Shown here: piece after piece, positions 16,667 through 26,601 of the stretch | How positions within the stretch are numbered: position 1 is the first letter of the stretch | Layout of the letters: every line of letters starts with the position of its first letter | Assembly (NCBI GenBank): GCA_038061225.1 | Contig: JBBTZT010000003.1 | Location: forward strand, 60,977-111,091 | Reading direction: 5' to 3' | From: Patescibacteria group bacterium | Lineage (GTDB): Bacteria; Patescibacteriota; Microgenomatia; UBA8517 | DNA length: 50,115 nucleotides | Made by a program: the position numbers and the translations under genes | The notes under the pieces: generated by a model | The model's database searches: none | What the model was told of the DNA's origin: nothing | What the model saw: the letters and a program-made list of their open reading frames with translations, nothing else

Positions 16667-18052
16667 ATGCAAAGAACTTTGGTTAGTGAAACGACATCAA
16701 AAATTGGAGAAATATTAAACCTTCAAGGATGGGTAAATACAATTCGCGATCATGGAAAAATAACTTTTATAGATCTTCGTGATAGAACCGGATTTATACA
16801 ATGTGTGGGCAAAGATTTAGAAAAAGTCACAGTTGAAAGTGTAGTTGAAATAAAAGGTAAGGTTGTTGAAAGACCTGAAAAATTAATAAACCCTAACATT
16901 GAAACAGGAAAGGTAGAACTTCAAATTGAAGAATTAAAAATAATTTCATTAGCATCAGAACTTCCAATGCCAATTGATACAGATGGTTATGATATTGATG
17001 AAAATGTAAGAAACAAGTTTCGATACCTTGATTTAAGAAGACCTAGAATGAATAAAAATATTAGGATTAGATCTAAAGTTACACAATTTTTAAGAAACTA
17101 TTTACACAAACTCGAATTCGTGGAAATTGAAACTCCAATATTGACCAAAACCACTCCAGAGGGAGCAAGAGACTTTTTGGTTCCATCAAGATTACAACAA
17201 GGAAAATTCTATGCTCTTCCACAATCTCCTCAGCAATATAAACAGCTATTAATGGTTGCAGGAATGGAAAGATACTTTCAGTTTGCTAAGTGTTTTAGAG
17301 ATGAAGATCCAAGAAGTGACAGAGCCTATGGTGAATTTACACAGCTTGATATGGAAATGTCTTTCGTAGAACAAAATGATATTTTAGATTTAACTGAAAA
17401 GATGTTTACAAAATTAGTCACTGAAATTTTTCCAGAAAAACGAATTCAAAACTCTCCATGGCCGAAAATTTCACATAAAGATGCTATAGCGCAATATGGA
17501 AATGACAAACCAGATTTAAGGAGGAATAAAAATGATCCAAATGAATTAGCTTTCTGTTGGATTGTTGATTTTCCACTTTTTACTGAACAATCAAAGGATG
17601 ATTTTTTTTATGGATCAGGTAGTGCAAAATGGGCACCATCTCATCACATGTTTACTTCTCCTCACCCTGACGACTTAAAACTTCTGGAAACTGATCCAGG
17701 CAAAGTACGTGGTCTGCAACATGATATGGTTTTAAATGGTCTTGAAGTTGGTGGTGGAAGTATTAGGATAAGCGATCCAAAAGTACAAGAAAAAATATTT
17801 AAACTAATTGGCTTTTCAGAAAAACAAAGAAATCAATTTGATCATATATTAACTGCCTTTTCCTACGGCGTTCCACCACATGGAGGAATTGCACCAGGTT
17901 TAGACAGATTTATGATGGCAATTTTAGCTGAGCCTTCAGTTCGTGAAGTAATGGCTTATCCAACCTCATCATCTGGTCAGACATCAGCTTTAGAGGCTCC
18001 AAGCGTTGCTTCAGACGATCAGTTAAAAGAACTTGGAATTAAAGTAAAATGA
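16667..18052 (+). CDS. aspS: Aspartate-tRNA ligase, bacterial type, short (GAD insertion absent)
   Basis: RDHG..FIDLRD, RYLDLRR, TPEGARDFLVPSR, ALPQSPQQYKQLLM, CFRDED, PPHGGIAPGLDR. Confidence 0.96.
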   Translation: MQRTLVSETTSKIGEILNLQGWVNTIRDHGKITFIDLRDRTGFIQCVGKDLEKVTVESVVEIKGKVVERPEKLINPNIETGKVELQIEELKIISLASELPMPIDTDGYDIDENVRNKFRYLDLRRPRMNKNIRIRSKVTQFLRNYLHKLEFVEIETPILTKTTPEGARDFLVPSRLQQGKFYALPQSPQQYKQLLMVAGMERYFQFAKCFRDEDPRSDRAYGEFTQLDMEMSFVEQNDILDLTEKMFTKLVTEIFPEKRIQNSPWPKISHKDAIAQYGNDKPDLRRNKNDPNELAFCWIVDFPLFTEQSKDDFFYGSGSAKWAPSHHMFTSPHPDDLKLLETDPGKVRGLQHDMVLNGLEVGGGSIRISDPKVQEKIFKLIGFSEKQRNQFDHILTAFSYGVPPHGGIAPGLDRFMMAILAEPSVREVMAYPTSSSGQTSALEAPSVASDDQLKELGIKVK

Positions 18053-18993
18053 GATTAAAGGTAAAAAAAACTGATCTTTTGTATTTATCTCTTTTGTCTT
18101 TTGTTTTAGTTTCTACGACAGCAATCTCATTAAATAGTGGATTTGATAATATTGTTACTTATATATACCCCTTAAAAAGTAAGGCATATTCTGATCTACC
18201 AGTTTTAAAAGATACAGCTAAATATCCTATTCTTTCTGCCCAATCTGTAATGGCTGTTGATTTAGTATCAGGTGTAACATTATATGAAAAAGATCCAAAC
18301 AAAGCACTTCTTCCTGCCTCAACAACAAAAATAGTTACAGCACTTGTAGCTCTTGATACTTATGAATCAGAACAAGTCTTAAAAGTAGGCAGAATAAGCG
18401 TAGAGGGTCAAAAAATGGGCTTAGTGACAGGAGAAGAAATCAAATTTATTGATTTACTAAATGGTTTATTAATTTACTCTGCAAATGATGCTGCAGAAGT
18501 TTTAGCTTCTAATCATCCTGGAGGGAGAGAATTATTTATAGCTTTAATGAATAAAAAAGTAAAAGGTTTAGGACTAACTAATACTCATTTTAGTAATCCA
18601 ACTGGTCTTGATAATGGAGCACAATACTCCACAACCCGTGATTTAATGGTAGTTGCTAAATATTCAATAGAAAATCCCCTTTTTGCAGAAATTGTAGGAA
18701 CTAAAGAAAAAATTGTTAAAAGTGTAGATGGCAAAATTACACATAAACTTACCAATATAAACAAATTATTGGGAAGTGTTGACGGAGTTAAAGGTGTTAA
18801 AACAGGTTGGACTGAAAATGCAAGAGAAAATCTAGTAGTTTATATAGAAAGAAATAATAGAAAAGTAATAACTGTTGTTTTAGGTAGTTCTGATAGGTTT
18901 GGAGAAACTAAAGAGTTGATAGAATGGATATTTGAAAATTATGAGTGGCAAAGTGTTATTCTTCCAAGAACAAGCTCCGCTTACTCCCCGTAA
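18049..18993 (+). CDS. D-alanyl-D-alanine carboxypeptidase (peptidase S11)
   Basis: PASTTK (SxxK), SAN (SxN), NPTGL, KTG; N-terminal TM or signal peptide. Confidence 0.93.
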   Translation: MRLKVKKTDLLYLSLLSFVLVSTTAISLNSGFDNIVTYIYPLKSKAYSDLPVLKDTAKYPILSAQSVMAVDLVSGVTLYEKDPNKALLPASTTKIVTALVALDTYESEQVLKVGRISVEGQKMGLVTGEEIKFIDLLNGLLIYSANDAAEVLASNHPGGRELFIALMNKKVKGLGLTNTHFSNPTGLDNGAQYSTTRDLMVVAKYSIENPLFAEIVGTKEKIVKSVDGKITHKLTNINKLLGSVDGVKGVKTGWTENARENLVVYIERNNRKVITVVLGSSDRFGETKELIEWIFENYEWQSVILPRTSSAYSP

Positions 18994-20030
18994 TAATCAG
19001 TAACGACTGCAGGGATATAACCTACAAAATTTTTGTCTCCTTCAAAAACATAGACAGGTTGGAAAAATTCAGTATATATACCTGCATCGTAATAGGCCAA
19101 ATAAACTTTTCTAATTTTAATATTCTCACCCTCAAGAGTTGTTCCTAAAGATGCTGGGTAATAATTAGCTGATGAAAATTCTTGCCAAGCCATATCCGCT
19201 GTTTTTATTGGATATGTTGCAACTTGTGTTTCATCAATTGGAAAGTAATGATATTCTCCCGCAATAACTTCCTTACCTCTTTCTTTGATTCCACTTACCA
19301 TAAACCAAACATTTCCTTCATTTGCTGTTTGTGTAACAGTTGCTAGATTATCGTAATTTTTTCTAAACAAATCAATACGAATTATGTTTGCATCTGATAA
19401 TGAATTTGCTACTATAAATCCTCCTGATTCTGTTTTTAAATAATTATGTTCAAATCTTCCACCTTCAAAGTCGTCAGGATACAAATCTGCACCAGAAAGA
19501 AGCGACTTTATGCTATTTCTAGCAATTTCTGGCAGAGGTGGCTTAACTGAAATTGGAGATGGATCAACATTTAAATCATAACTAAGTGAAAAAGATCCTG
19601 TAATAATATTTGATTCCATTGTTGAAGGAGAAGTCTTATGATAAAACTTATACGAAGATTCTGTTAATTGTTGAGCTTCAATATTAAAACCTAGTCTGTT
19701 TGCCCTATCTTGTGCAAAATCAAGAGAAAGTAGGTTTGAAGATTGTTTTGGCATGAAATAGACTTTTAATTGGTCAGGGAATTGTGGTAATCCACCCTCT
19801 GCAGTTTCTAAAGAAAAGTTTAATACTGGTTTTTGTTTTTCTGGAAATGACAATTTGCTTAATTTACCAAATGAAACAGTTGGAGGTGTTGGTGGTGGTG
19901 GGAATATTTTTTTGTATACCGAAATTCCAGTTAGAATAATGCCTCTGGCAATTATTATAAATATGACGGAATAGATAATATATCTAATTCCTTTTCTTGA
20001 TGCGATAGAAGCTTGTGTAAGTGTAACCAT
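18981..20030 (-). CDS. Hypothetical membrane-anchored protein
   Basis: 349-aa ORF, N-terminal TM, Pro-rich linker, C-terminal VYLAYYD...QPVYVFEG. Confidence 0.8.
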   Translation of the reverse strand: MVTLTQASIASRKGIRYIIYSVIFIIIARGIILTGISVYKKIFPPPPTPPTVSFGKLSKLSFPEKQKPVLNFSLETAEGGLPQFPDQLKVYFMPKQSSNLLSLDFAQDRANRLGFNIEAQQLTESSYKFYHKTSPSTMESNIITGSFSLSYDLNVDPSPISVKPPLPEIARNSIKSLLSGADLYPDDFEGGRFEHNYLKTESGGFIVANSLSDANIIRIDLFRKNYDNLATVTQTANEGNVWFMVSGIKERGKEVIAGEYHYFPIDETQVATYPIKTADMAWQEFSSANYYPASLGTTLEGENIKIRKVYLAYYDAGIYTEFFQPVYVFEGDKNFVGYIPAVVTDYYGE

Positions 20031-20048
20031 GATATAATTAATTCTAGC

Positions 20049-21335
20049 ATGAGAACCAGATTTGCTCCAAGTCCAACAGGATTTTTACATATAGGTAGCC
20101 TTAGAACTGCTCTTTATGCATATTTACTAGCCAAAAATAAAAAAGGTGATTTTATATTGCGTATTGAAGATACAGACCAAAAAAGAGAAGTTGTTGGATC
20201 AACTGATGCGATTTGTGATACTCTAAAAAAATTTGGACTTGTCTGGGATGAATTTTTTATGCAATCAGAACGACATAAAAGCGGAATATATAAAAAGACG
20301 GCAGAGAAGTTAGTTTCTGATGGTCATGCATTTTATTGCCAATGTAAGCCTAAAAATGCAAAAATAGAAGGTTTTTCAAATATTTTACGTGACCCTTGCA
20401 GAGATCTTGAACTTGCATCAGGTGCAATCAAACTTAAAGTACCAGATGGGCAAATAGTCAAATACAAAGATTTTGTACACAAGAAAGAAATTTCGTGGAA
20501 TACAGATACCATCTATGATGCAACTTTACTTAAATCAGATGGTTTCCCTACATATCATTTAGCAGCCATGACTGACGACGTTGAAATGAGAATAACCCAT
20601 ATTTTAAGAGGTCATGATTGGCTTCCATCTACACCAGTTCACCTTTTAGTTTTTGAATATCTTGGGGGCACAAGGCCTGAAATTGGGCATCTAACTGATA
20701 TATTATCAACTGAAACAGGTAAAAAATTATCTAAAAGAAGAGATTCAGTTTTTGTAGAAAATTTTATTAAAGAAGGATATTTACCACAGGCTTTACTTAA
20801 TTTTATCTTACTTTTAGGCTGGGCTCCAAAAGATAATAGAGAATTATATTCTTTAGAGGAAATGGTTAAATATTTTAATGTTAATGGTTTTCAAGATGCA
20901 AACCCAAGATTTTTTAGAGAAAAATTAGATTGGTTTAATGGTCAGTATATTCGTAAATTATCAATCGATTCTTTACTAGAAAAGTTAAAACTAGACAAGA
21001 CTATAAAAAATAAAGCTATTGTTAGTTTACTGCAAGACCGAATAGAAAAACTTTCAGATTTTGATTCACTTGCTAAATTTTTCTTTGATAGACCAAAAGT
21101 TGATATAAAACTTTTTGGGGAAAATTATAAAGAACATTTGGAAAGTGCAGTTGATGGTATTAAAAATGATAGAGATTTGATGGAAGTAGTTAAGGAAAAT
21201 AATTTTAAAACAGGAGACTTTTTCATGAGTTTAAGAATTGCAATAACTGGTATGAAATTTACTCCACCAATTAATGAATCAATTACAATATTAGGGAAAG
21301 AAGAAACAATAACTAGACTAAAAAGTTTAATATAA
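20049..21335 (+). CDS. gltX: Glutamate-tRNA ligase
   Basis: RTRFAPSPTGFLHIG, LRIEDTD, KSDGFPTYH, KKLSKR. Confidence 0.97.
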   Translation: MRTRFAPSPTGFLHIGSLRTALYAYLLAKNKKGDFILRIEDTDQKREVVGSTDAICDTLKKFGLVWDEFFMQSERHKSGIYKKTAEKLVSDGHAFYCQCKPKNAKIEGFSNILRDPCRDLELASGAIKLKVPDGQIVKYKDFVHKKEISWNTDTIYDATLLKSDGFPTYHLAAMTDDVEMRITHILRGHDWLPSTPVHLLVFEYLGGTRPEIGHLTDILSTETGKKLSKRRDSVFVENFIKEGYLPQALLNFILLLGWAPKDNRELYSLEEMVKYFNVNGFQDANPRFFREKLDWFNGQYIRKLSIDSLLEKLKLDKTIKNKAIVSLLQDRIEKLSDFDSLAKFFFDRPKVDIKLFGENYKEHLESAVDGIKNDRDLMEVVKENNFKTGDFFMSLRIAITGMKFTPPINESITILGKEETITRLKSLI

Positions 21336-22267
21336 TGCAAAAGACCACTCAAACAAATTTTAGAGATTTATTAAAATTAAAAAGCCTTGAAGCTAAACTT
21401 AGCTTTGAAAAAAAATATCCAGAAGCTCACAAATATTTTTTAGAAAAAGGATTAGAATTAGGAAAAATAAGACAGCATAGTGCTAAATTAATTTCTGCTG
21501 GTGCTTTAACTGGGACACTTCTACTTTCTCCACCAACAGGGATTGGACAATTACCCACACCATCTGAAATAGTTAGAGATATCAGTGAACTAGGAACTAA
21601 GGAAAACCAAAAAATACCACAACAAGAATTAATCGAAAGTTTAAAAATTATGTTACCAAGTGAGGTTAGGCCTCTAGCACGTGATGAAGAAAAGAGATTA
21701 GAACAGATGATAAAAGACATAACCAATATACCTGCAAAAGCGGCACTTGAAGGGGAACATTTAAATACTAGTTATGGTTATATTGGAGCAGAACAACATT
21801 TGAAAAGATATCCAGGAGATATTTTAGAAAATCATGGACCTTATTACAAAGAAGGTATGGCTCCAGGTCTTGGTGCATGGGGATATTTTAGTAAATCAAA
21901 AGCAGATTTAACTCCTGAATTAGTTGAAAATGAAAAATGGTATGCAGTTGTTCAAACTTTATATCTGTCTGATTGGTCAGAACGTCAACCTTATCTTAAG
22001 AATTGGTATAAATATAGAAAAGTAATGGTTGTTAATACTAAAAATGGCAATGCAGTAGTAGCAGATATAGCAGATGCAGGACCAGCAGCTTTTACTGGAA
22101 AACATTTTGGTGGTAGTCCTGAAGTAATGGAATATCTTGGTGGTGCTAGGTATAAGAAGGGAGCTGTACTCCTCTTCTTAGTTGACGATCCAGAAAATAC
22201 TATCAAACTTGGTCCTGTAAAGTATAATGAATTAAACATACCTGAAGGGAGTTTAATACAAATATAA
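21335..22267 (+). CDS. Hypothetical protein, possible double-psi beta-barrel C-terminal domain
   Basis: 310-aa ORF coupled to gltX; KVMVVNTKNGNAVVADIADAGP resembles the RlpA-type V-x-V-x-N-x-x-NG...D-x-GP pattern. Confidence 0.7.
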   Translation: MQKTTQTNFRDLLKLKSLEAKLSFEKKYPEAHKYFLEKGLELGKIRQHSAKLISAGALTGTLLLSPPTGIGQLPTPSEIVRDISELGTKENQKIPQQELIESLKIMLPSEVRPLARDEEKRLEQMIKDITNIPAKAALEGEHLNTSYGYIGAEQHLKRYPGDILENHGPYYKEGMAPGLGAWGYFSKSKADLTPELVENEKWYAVVQTLYLSDWSERQPYLKNWYKYRKVMVVNTKNGNAVVADIADAGPAAFTGKHFGGSPEVMEYLGGARYKKGAVLLFLVDDPENTIKLGPVKYNELNIPEGSLIQI

Positions 22268-22268
22268 T

Positions 22269-22574
22269 ATGTCAATAATTTTTTATGATCATCTAGTTGT
22301 TATCAAAGATCTTGATAAAAAGATTAAAAAACATACTTCTTCAAATGAAGAGATGCAAGAACTTTGGTTTTATGTTGAGGAATTAATACACCATAGAGTT
22401 TTAGATTGTTGTCTTGGCAATTTACCCCAAAAACACCATCACGAATTTTTAGAAATGTTTCATGATCATCCACATGACAAGGGTTTACTTCAATATTTAA
22501 ACGAAAAAATAGGGAAAGATGTTGAAAAACTTATAAAGGCAGAAATGAAAAAATTATCAAATGAACTTAAATAA
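22269..22574 (+). CDS. Hypothetical His-rich helical protein
   Basis: 101-aa ORF in operon; IHHRVLD, KHHHEFL, HDHPHD. Confidence 0.75.
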   Translation: MSIIFYDHLVVIKDLDKKIKKHTSSNEEMQELWFYVEELIHHRVLDCCLGNLPQKHHHEFLEMFHDHPHDKGLLQYLNEKIGKDVEKLIKAEMKKLSNELK

Positions 22575-22905
22575 TTATGGAGGTCTAATTTGGACAAATC
22601 ATGCCCTGCAAAGACTTTCTGAAAGGGGAATTAAACAAGGTGATGCTTGGGCTACTTGGAATCGGCCTGAACAAAGTAGGTACTCCAAAACTCAAGGAGC
22701 TTGGATTTATTACAAAACTTGGCCTGCCTCGACTGGCAAGGCGGGGGAGTATACAAGAATAGAAGTAGTAGCAAAACAGAATATTAACAAAAAATGGATT
22801 ATTTTATCGGTTTGGAGTAAAAAAGTTTTTTCTTTTGTGAAAAATATTAAATCTAACAAAAACAGCTTGTTGACAATGATACTTAATTTGTTTAAGGTTA
22901 AATAG
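22561..22905 (+). CDS. DUF4258-like small protein
   Basis: IWTNHALQRLSERGI at the N-terminus and IILSVW near the end. Confidence 0.7.
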   Translation: MNLNNYGGLIWTNHALQRLSERGIKQGDAWATWNRPEQSRYSKTQGAWIYYKTWPASTGKAGEYTRIEVVAKQNINKKWIILSVWSKKVFSFVKNIKSNKNSLLTMILNLFKVK

Positions 22906-22907
22906 AT

Positions 22908-23612
22908 ATGATAGATATGGTATATAAAAACAAAAATCTACTTCCTCTTCTTGCTATAACTGGAATTTTACTAAGTGTTAGTCTTGTAAATTTTAATAAT
23001 GTTTCAGATTCAAAAATTTTAAGCACACAAAGTGTGTTAAGTGAATCAGATGATAATAAAGATGAAGAAAAGAAAGATGAACAGAAAAAGGAAGATAAGA
23101 ATCAAGAAGATAAAAAAGATGAAGAAGTATCTTCAAAAACCATAGAAACAAAGTCTAAAGAAAGAATAAAAAATAATGAGGACGAAGATGAGGATGATAA
23201 AGATGTGGATAAAAAAGAGCTAAAGATCGAATCAGAGTTTGAACAAGAAACAGAGAGTGTTTTAAGTGATGGTACAGTTAACAAGTTTAAATTAAAATTC
23301 AAACAAAAAACGGTTAATGGTAAAACAATAGTTGAAACAGATTCAGGTGAAGTTGAGGTTGAGAATAGCCCAGATGATGCAGTAAATAGTTTAGTAGAAG
23401 ATGGTATATTAGACACACCAGTTTCATTTGAAGTAAAAACAAATAATAATAACAAGGTTGAGTTCGAATTCCAAGGAGTGGATGCAAAAAAACTACTGGG
23501 ATTATTTGAACTTAATTTACCAAAAACTGTAACAGTTGATTCTGAAACAGGTGAAGTTGTTGATATTAAACAAACTGTTTGGACTAAATTCTTAAGTTTA
23601 CTTTCGGTTTAA
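22908..23612 (+). CDS. Exported protein with acidic/lysine low-complexity region and PepSY-like C-terminus
   Basis: N-terminal hydrophobic segment, D/E/K-rich stretch, KLLGLF...VDSETGEV. Confidence 0.7.
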   Translation: MIDMVYKNKNLLPLLAITGILLSVSLVNFNNVSDSKILSTQSVLSESDDNKDEEKKDEQKKEDKNQEDKKDEEVSSKTIETKSKERIKNNEDEDEDDKDVDKKELKIESEFEQETESVLSDGTVNKFKLKFKQKTVNGKTIVETDSGEVEVENSPDDAVNSLVEDGILDTPVSFEVKTNNNNKVEFEFQGVDAKKLLGLFELNLPKTVTVDSETGEVVDIKQTVWTKFLSLLSV

Positions 23613-24829
23613 ATGAAAGTTATAGCTGTACCCGTTTTATCAGCTCTTCCTGTTCTTCCAATTCTATGAATATAAGTTTCATAGTTTTCTGGTGCTTCAT
23701 AGTTTATGACATGACTAACATTTGGTATATCAAGTCCACGAGAGGCAACATCTGTTGCAATTAAAATGTTTATGTTTGTTCTTTTGAACTTATCAAGAGT
23801 TCTAAGTCTTTGGCTTTGCCTTTTGTTACCATGAATAGCATCAGCTCTAAAACCTCTCATTACAAGTTCATCAGAAAGTTTTTGTACACCATGTTTGGTT
23901 CTGGCAAAGATTAAAACTTTATCAAATTCTTCTCTTTTTAAAAGATTATGAAGCTGTTCAATTTTTTTGTGAGGACTATCAACTCTTACTACTTCTTGTT
24001 TAACATTAACTGCAGTATCTCTAGTCTTAACAGAAATTGTTACTGGGTTATTAACAAAAGCATTTAAAACATTTCTAACTTTTCCATCAATTGTGGCTGA
24101 GAAAAATAAAGATTGTCTGACGGTTGGAAGTAGAGAAATCATATATTCTATATCTTTAAGAAATCCAATATCAACCATATGATCTGCTTCATCAAGAACA
24201 ACTGATTTACAATCACCCAAGTATAAAGTTCTTGAATCTACATGATCAAGAAGTCTTCCAGGTGTTCCAATTATAAAACTGGGATTTCTTCTTAATTCTT
24301 GTTTTTGTCTATTAATGTTTTCTCCACCTATACAAAGTGCCGAGTAGATGTTTAAACCTCTTGAAAACAAATAAAATTCATCTCTAATTTGACTTGCAAG
24401 TTCACGAGTAGGGGCAACTATTAACACCTTTTCATTTCTGTTTTTAATTACTTTATCTAAAAGTGGGATTAAAAAGGCTGCAGTTTTTCCTGTACCAGTG
24501 TTTGCTATACCAATCAAATCACGTCCGTTTAAAATTTCTGGAATTGATTGATCTTGAATCGGTGTTGGTACACCATAATTTCTATCTAATATATTTTGTT
24601 TTAATTTAGCGTCGACATTAAAATCAGAAAAAGTATGTTTTGGAATATAATTTTCAGATACCACCACATCTGCATTATTTTGGGCATTTATTACACTTGT
24701 TGGATCGAAGGACCTAACAACTCTTCCACTTCTTTGACCAAATCTATTTCCCAAAGCACGAAAATTGGTGCCCGAGCGAGAACCGCCACGACCACCACCA
24801 CGAAAACCCCTGTTAAACTTTTTATACAT
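23609..24829 (-). CDS. DEAD-box RNA helicase
   Basis: Q motif PTPIQ, ANTGTGKT, PTRELA, TPGRL, DEAD, SAT, HRIGRTGR; RGG-rich N-terminus. Confidence 0.96.
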   Translation of the reverse strand: MYKKFNRGFRGGGRGGSRSGTNFRALGNRFGQRSGRVVRSFDPTSVINAQNNADVVVSENYIPKHTFSDFNVDAKLKQNILDRNYGVPTPIQDQSIPEILNGRDLIGIANTGTGKTAAFLIPLLDKVIKNRNEKVLIVAPTRELASQIRDEFYLFSRGLNIYSALCIGGENINRQKQELRRNPSFIIGTPGRLLDHVDSRTLYLGDCKSVVLDEADHMVDIGFLKDIEYMISLLPTVRQSLFFSATIDGKVRNVLNAFVNNPVTISVKTRDTAVNVKQEVVRVDSPHKKIEQLHNLLKREEFDKVLIFARTKHGVQKLSDELVMRGFRADAIHGNKRQSQRLRTLDKFKRTNINILIATDVASRGLDIPNVSHVINYEAPENYETYIHRIGRTGRADKTGTAITFI

Positions 24830-24916
24830 TTTAAATTTATAAAATAAATTTTTGGGGAAAAACCGAAGAAGTAATTATTAAATAGTTACAATCAGTCTTT
24901 CACAAATCAATAAAGA

Positions 24917-24945
24917 ATCATAACACTAATATATTTATATGTCAA
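24917..24945 (-). promoter_or_regulatory. Sigma70 promoter of the DEAD-box helicase
   Basis: TTGACA (24945-24940), 17 nt, TATGAT (24922-24917) with extended TG. Confidence 0.75.
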
Positions 24946-25193
24946 TCCCATAGTTTAATTAAACCCTCTTTTTGTTTTTTTGTCAAATTTTTAATTTCAG
25001 CCTCTCTTTTTAACGCCTCACTTCTTGTTTGGTGTTCTTCACTATAAACTAGTTTAAAACTATCAAAAGCTTTCATATACTTAGCAGACTTCTTTCCCTT
25101 CTCCCGATGTTCTTTTAATCTTTTTTCTAAATTATTACTAATTCCTGTATATAAAGTATTTTTGGAAGTTTTTAAAATATAAACTGTATACAT
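24942..25193 (-). CDS. GIY-YIG nuclease family protein (UPF0213-like)
   Basis: VYIL...LYTGIS...RLKEH...AKY...ALKREAEIK. Confidence 0.92.
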   Translation of the reverse strand: MYTVYILKTSKNTLYTGISNNLEKRLKEHREKGKKSAKYMKAFDSFKLVYSEEHQTRSEALKREAEIKNLTKKQKEGLIKLWD

Positions 25194-26122
25194 TATTTAA
25201 GTAATTTTAAAGCTTCTTCTGTAGATTTTGTTTGCATCAGTTTTGCTCTTAATTTACTTGCTCCGTCAAAATTACAAATGTACATCTTAAAAAATTTTTT
25301 TACTTCATCAAAACATTTTTCTTCATCTAACAATTTTAAATGGTCTATAAGTATATTTTTGTATTCATCTGAAGTATGCTTTTTAGGTTCTTTTTCAAAA
25401 ACCCAAGGGTTTGAAAATATTCCTCTACCTATCATTATTCCATCAACCTGAGACATCTTAGCCCTTTTTAAAGCCTCTTTGTAGCTTTTAATGTCTCCAT
25501 TACCTATGATAATTGTACTGGGGGAGATATTGTTTTTAATTTCTACAGCTTTTTTAATTTCATTCCAGTCTGCTGGCAGATCAGACATTTGTTTTGATGT
25601 TCTGCCATGAACAGTTAATGCATCTATTTTTTGTTCGAGTAAAAAAGTAATCCATCCCTCTATTGCTACTTCTTTGAACCCGATCCTCGTCTTCACACTT
25701 ATGGGTAATTTTTTTGATCCTTTTCTTGTGGCTTCAATTATTTCTTTTGCTAGTGGTTGATTGTTAATTAAAGCAGAACAGGCTCCAATTTTAACAACAG
25801 CACGATCAGGACAGCCCATATTAATATCTATTCCATCAAAACCGAGTCTTTCAATTAGTTTAGCTGTTTTAAAATAGTTTTCAGGTTTTAATCCCCAAAT
25901 TTGAGCCACTATTGGTTTTTGATTTTTACTGAATTTAAATCTGGGTATAGTTTTTTCAAAACCCAATGAATTTAAAGCTTCTACATTTGTAAATTCAGTA
26001 AATAAAACATCAGGTTTTGGAAGTTTTGTAGCTACTATCTCACGAAAAGCAAAATCAGTAACATTTTCCATTGGAGCAAGAACAGTAAAAGGCTTTGGTA
26101 GTTTTTTCCAAAAATTTGTCAT
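25193..26122 (-). CDS. dus: tRNA-dihydrouridine synthase
   Basis: LAPME, DINMGCP, SVKTRIG, TVHGRT, GNGDI, MIGRG. Confidence 0.95.
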   Translation of the reverse strand: MTNFWKKLPKPFTVLAPMENVTDFAFREIVATKLPKPDVLFTEFTNVEALNSLGFEKTIPRFKFSKNQKPIVAQIWGLKPENYFKTAKLIERLGFDGIDINMGCPDRAVVKIGACSALINNQPLAKEIIEATRKGSKKLPISVKTRIGFKEVAIEGWITFLLEQKIDALTVHGRTSKQMSDLPADWNEIKKAVEIKNNISPSTIIIGNGDIKSYKEALKRAKMSQVDGIMIGRGIFSNPWVFEKEPKKHTSDEYKNILIDHLKLLDEEKCFDEVKKFFKMYICNFDGASKLRAKLMQTKSTEEALKLLK

Positions 26123-26126
26123 ATTG

Positions 26127-26197
26127 CTGGGGGACAGAGATTTGCACTCCGATAGGCAGATCCAGAATCTGCAGTCCTGCTGTTAGACGATCCCCCA
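26127..26197 (-). tRNA. tRNA-Gln (CTG), CCA not encoded
   Basis: Acceptor TGGGGGA/TCCCCCA, anticodon arm GCAGA-TTCTGGA-TCTGC, U1-A72 typical of tRNA-Gln. Confidence 0.93.
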
Positions 26198-26235
26198 TTA
26201 TTCTTTATATCCTAAAGATTATCACCATGCGTATT

Positions 26236-26574
26236 TTACACTAATTTGGGTAAGAAGAGAAAAAAGGCAACAACAATTGAAGCTATGGCACTAAAAAGAA
26301 CTACCCCTGCTGAAATATCTTTAATTTGTCTTACTTCTTCTGAAATTTCTTTTGAATGCATATCCACTAATTTTTCAACAATTGTATTTATAAGTTCTGA
26401 AATAATTACAAAGAAAATTGTTAAAACTAGAATTGATAATTCTACTTTTGTAAATTTTAAATAAATTGCTAAAAATATGACAATTATTGAAGCTAAAAAG
26501 TGAAATCTTAAATTTGGCTCAGATTTTAAAGCATCGTGAATTCCATTAAAAGCAAACTCAAAACTTTTTTGCAT
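26236..26574 (-). CDS. dgkA: Diacylglycerol/undecaprenol kinase
   Basis: SFEFAFNG, EPNLRFH, ELINTIVE-x-x-VD, KDISAGVV. Confidence 0.92.
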   Translation of the reverse strand: MQKSFEFAFNGIHDALKSEPNLRFHFLASIIVIFLAIYLKFTKVELSILVLTIFFVIISELINTIVEKLVDMHSKEISEEVRQIKDISAGVVLFSAIASIVVAFFLFLPKLV

Positions 26575-26601
26575 AGCTTAATTAGTATATCATTAAATTA
26601 T

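Noticed and set aside
16667-18052. Assigning AspRS as discriminating or non-discriminating
   Set aside because: Signals are mixed (RDHG suggests non-discriminating, RPEK suggests discriminating); needs the asnS and gatCAB inventory.
24942-25193. GIY-YIG gene as a homing endonuclease or intron marker
   Set aside because: It is an 83-aa stand-alone UPF0213-type protein, and the flanking genes are uninterrupted.
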